Below are positions 29,260 through 30,783 of a stretch of DNA of 30,783 nucleotides, piece by piece. Location: positions 1-30,783 of the forward strand of contig JAVJWO010000007.1 of the NCBI GenBank assembly GCA_040222015.1, written 5' to 3'. The notes under the pieces were generated by a model. The model was not told the origin of the DNA, ran no database searches, and worked only from the letters and a program-made list of their open reading frames with translations. The position numbers were made by a program, and so were the translations under genes. Origin of the DNA: Coleofasciculus chthonoplastes F2-STO-03. GTDB taxonomy: Bacteria; Cyanobacteriota; Cyanobacteriia; Cyanobacteriales; Coleofasciculaceae. Position 1 is the first letter of the stretch. Each line of letters opens with the position of its first letter.

Positions 29260-29330
29260 TCTTAAAATCAAGTCTAATACTAAGTAGCGTTCTAATACCA
29301 AATCCGGGTTAGCTACCCCCGTTATAACCT

Positions 29331-29377
29331 AGTCCGCGCAGGCGGACTTTGTTTGTGTAGCAGCGATTTCAATCGCC
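29331..29377. repeat. double-hairpin dispersed repeat AGTCCGCGCAGGCGGACT...GCGATTTCAATCGC
   Basis: Two adjacent hairpins downstream of the 29409 gene. Confidence 0.65.
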
Positions 29378-29408
29378 TCCTCTTGCATGGGGTGATTTCG
29401 CTACAAAC

Positions 29409-29759
29409 CTACTCGATGAGCAGACATTTTTCCCAAATTGTCTTGAGGAAAGGCAAGATGGAATCAGCGTATTGTTTGCGGTGCTTTGTCTGGTCATATT
29501 TAATCGCATTCCACAAACTGTGTAACTGTTGATTAGTCGAACATTTTTGTAGGTGACAGGCAATGGCATTTTTCCATTGTTCCATCTGGCGATAGCTGAT
29601 AAATTGCCCTCCTTTGTCGAGACGATGGACAAAGATAACGTAAAGCCATGATTCGACTTTTACGATTAGGGAAGCAGGAATCTTTAAGAATTTGGCAACT
29701 TGATGCTTAGTGATGCGGAAGTTTTGGGCAGGTTTGATGCGGCGAAATAAGGCGGTCAT
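29409..29759 (-). CDS. hypothetical basic protein
   Basis: 116-aa ATG ORF (VESWLYVIFVHRLDKGGQFISYR), co-oriented 45 bp after the upstream gene. Confidence 0.75.
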   Translation of the reverse strand: MTALFRRIKPAQNFRITKHQVAKFLKIPASLIVKVESWLYVIFVHRLDKGGQFISYRQMEQWKNAIACHLQKCSTNQQLHSLWNAIKYDQTKHRKQYADSILPFLKTIWEKCLLIE

Positions 29760-29804
29760 GATCGATTGATTCCTGGTTTAATCGTTTGTTGAATTAGTTG
29801 TGCC

Positions 29805-30272
29805 TTAAAGCTGTTCGTTGGGAACATCGAAAAAGACTTCAAATTCAGCATCCGGTATAAAACGCTTGAGAAAGCGTCGGTAATCCTCTGCATCTTGACG
29901 GTTGAAAAATCTCGCCACTGTATGCCGTCTGGCATCAGGTAGGAGTCGGATAATTGCCCAAGGGCGGGAGTTATTTTCTAGTTGTGAAGTGGGTTTTGGC
30001 AGAGTTTTCCTGGCTTCCCCTCTGATGGTGGTTAAGGTGCGTTCAATGAGTTGCCAAAGCTGTTCCCATTGTGGGCTGGTATCGTTGGGCATCAAATTCC
30101 ATTCGTTGATGGGTGCTGGTAGCCATCTGAGCATGTAATCGTTTTGACCCGTTTTAGAAAGTTTCCAGGATAGGCGTCGAGTCTGTTTGCGGCAGACATA
30201 ACCTTGTTGGCGCAAAATTGCACAGATACTCTCGCCTTCGGATTGAAGGCGTAGCCAGTCGGAGTGTTTCAT
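29805..30272 (-). CDS. hypothetical protein
   Basis: 155 aa; C-terminal PWAIIRLLP...VARFFNRQDAEDY...FIPDAEFEVFFD resembles a small cyanobacterial domain of unknown function. Confidence 0.78.
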   Translation of the reverse strand: MKHSDWLRLQSEGESICAILRQQGYVCRKQTRRLSWKLSKTGQNDYMLRWLPAPINEWNLMPNDTSPQWEQLWQLIERTLTTIRGEARKTLPKPTSQLENNSRPWAIIRLLPDARRHTVARFFNRQDAEDYRRFLKRFIPDAEFEVFFDVPNEQL

Positions 30273-30491
30273 CGTCGAAAGCTGGATAAGGTTGTCACGG
30301 AAGAGCGATCCGCCCTGTGCGCCTTGTGAAATCGCAGCGCTCTGTTACGCGATCGCAAGTCCCTTATTTGACTTTTGGATGTTTAGACATGCCAAAAATA
30401 TCTCTTTACGCTATTATTTGCATATTCAAAAATAAAAGTCAAGACCTAGCCGTCCTGATTTTTTGCGTATGCGATAATGCAGGAGTAATGT

Positions 30492-30783
30492 ATGACTGAG
30501 CAAGGAAAAGATGACAAAAGGTCGAGGAAGACCCAAATCAGACAGGAACACCAAGACAGTGACCTTGAGGCTCGAACCGAGGGACTGGGAATTATTTCGT
30601 CAGAAAGCCAAAGCTCTGGGAATGTCGAGATCTCAGTTAGTGCAGAGACTAGCCAGAGGAGAAATACGGATCGATTCGGCGATACTCACAGAGGAACTAC
30701 TGCTGGGGGAATCATCCGCGAACTGCTCGATGAAAATGACAAGTTAACGACATATCACAGTTCGCAAATTGAATTCCATAACA
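30492..30783 (+). CDS. overlapping -1-frame ORF (partial, >=97 codons) enclosing the RHH gene
   Basis: AGGAG at 30481-30485, ATG at 30492, no stop to the window end: MTEQGKDDKRSRKTQ...GTTAGGIIRELLDENDKLTTYHSSQIEFHN. Confidence 0.55.
   Translation, partial: MTEQGKDDKRSRKTQIRQEHQDSDLEARTEGLGIISSESQSSGNVEISVSAETSQRRNTDRFGDTHRGTTAGGIIRELLDENDKLTTYHSSQIEFHN
30511..30747 (+). CDS. ribbon-helix-helix (CopG-like) DNA-binding protein
   Basis: GRGRPK, TVTLRLEPRDWELFRQKAKALGMSRSQLVQRLARG; AAGGA 4 nt before the ATG. Confidence 0.75.
   Translation: MTKGRGRPKSDRNTKTVTLRLEPRDWELFRQKAKALGMSRSQLVQRLARGEIRIDSAILTEELLLGESSANCSMKMTS

Larger units (their letters stand above)
659..30355. repeat. dispersed HIP1 octamer GCGATCGC (about 30 copies)
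   Basis: Examples at 659, 5891, 16681, 26122, 26202, 28876, 28956, 29016, 29171, 29252 and 30348; a known cyanobacterial signature. Confidence 0.95.

Noticed and set aside
1..30783. tRNA, rRNA, transposase or integrase genes
   Set aside because: None recognised anywhere in the window

Overview
Chromosomal window from a filamentous cyanobacterium. The frequent HIP1 octamers (GCGATCGC), (AAATGAC)n heptamer arrays and GTAG-type REP/MITE elements suggest an oscillatorialean, Coleofasciculus-like host (inference). The left part holds a ~1,920-aa hybrid histidine kinase (CBS, PAS, two duplicated DXCF-type cyanobacteriochrome GAFs, a third GAF, HisKA/HATPase, 2xREC, Hpt), a tandem histidine phosphatase divergent from a CPBP protease, a WD40 protein and two Uma2 nucleases. 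The middle holds an HTH-AAA_35 / AAA_35-TM-14xWD40 STAND-like pair, a 5'-truncated spondin/PEP-CTERM gene and a URC1/URC4-like uracil-catabolism pair. The right ~5 kb is accessory. Four co-oriented ~88-bp HIP1-REP-HIP1 modules punctuate a YciI gene, an internally deleted Uma2, an AT-rich DUF262 + atypical RelA/SpoT-like operon (candidate defence system) and a HigA-like remnant. The window ends in an RHH-like gene that lies wholly inside a second, SD-preceded reading frame missing from the ORF track. All family assignments come from motif recognition by eye, not from database searches.
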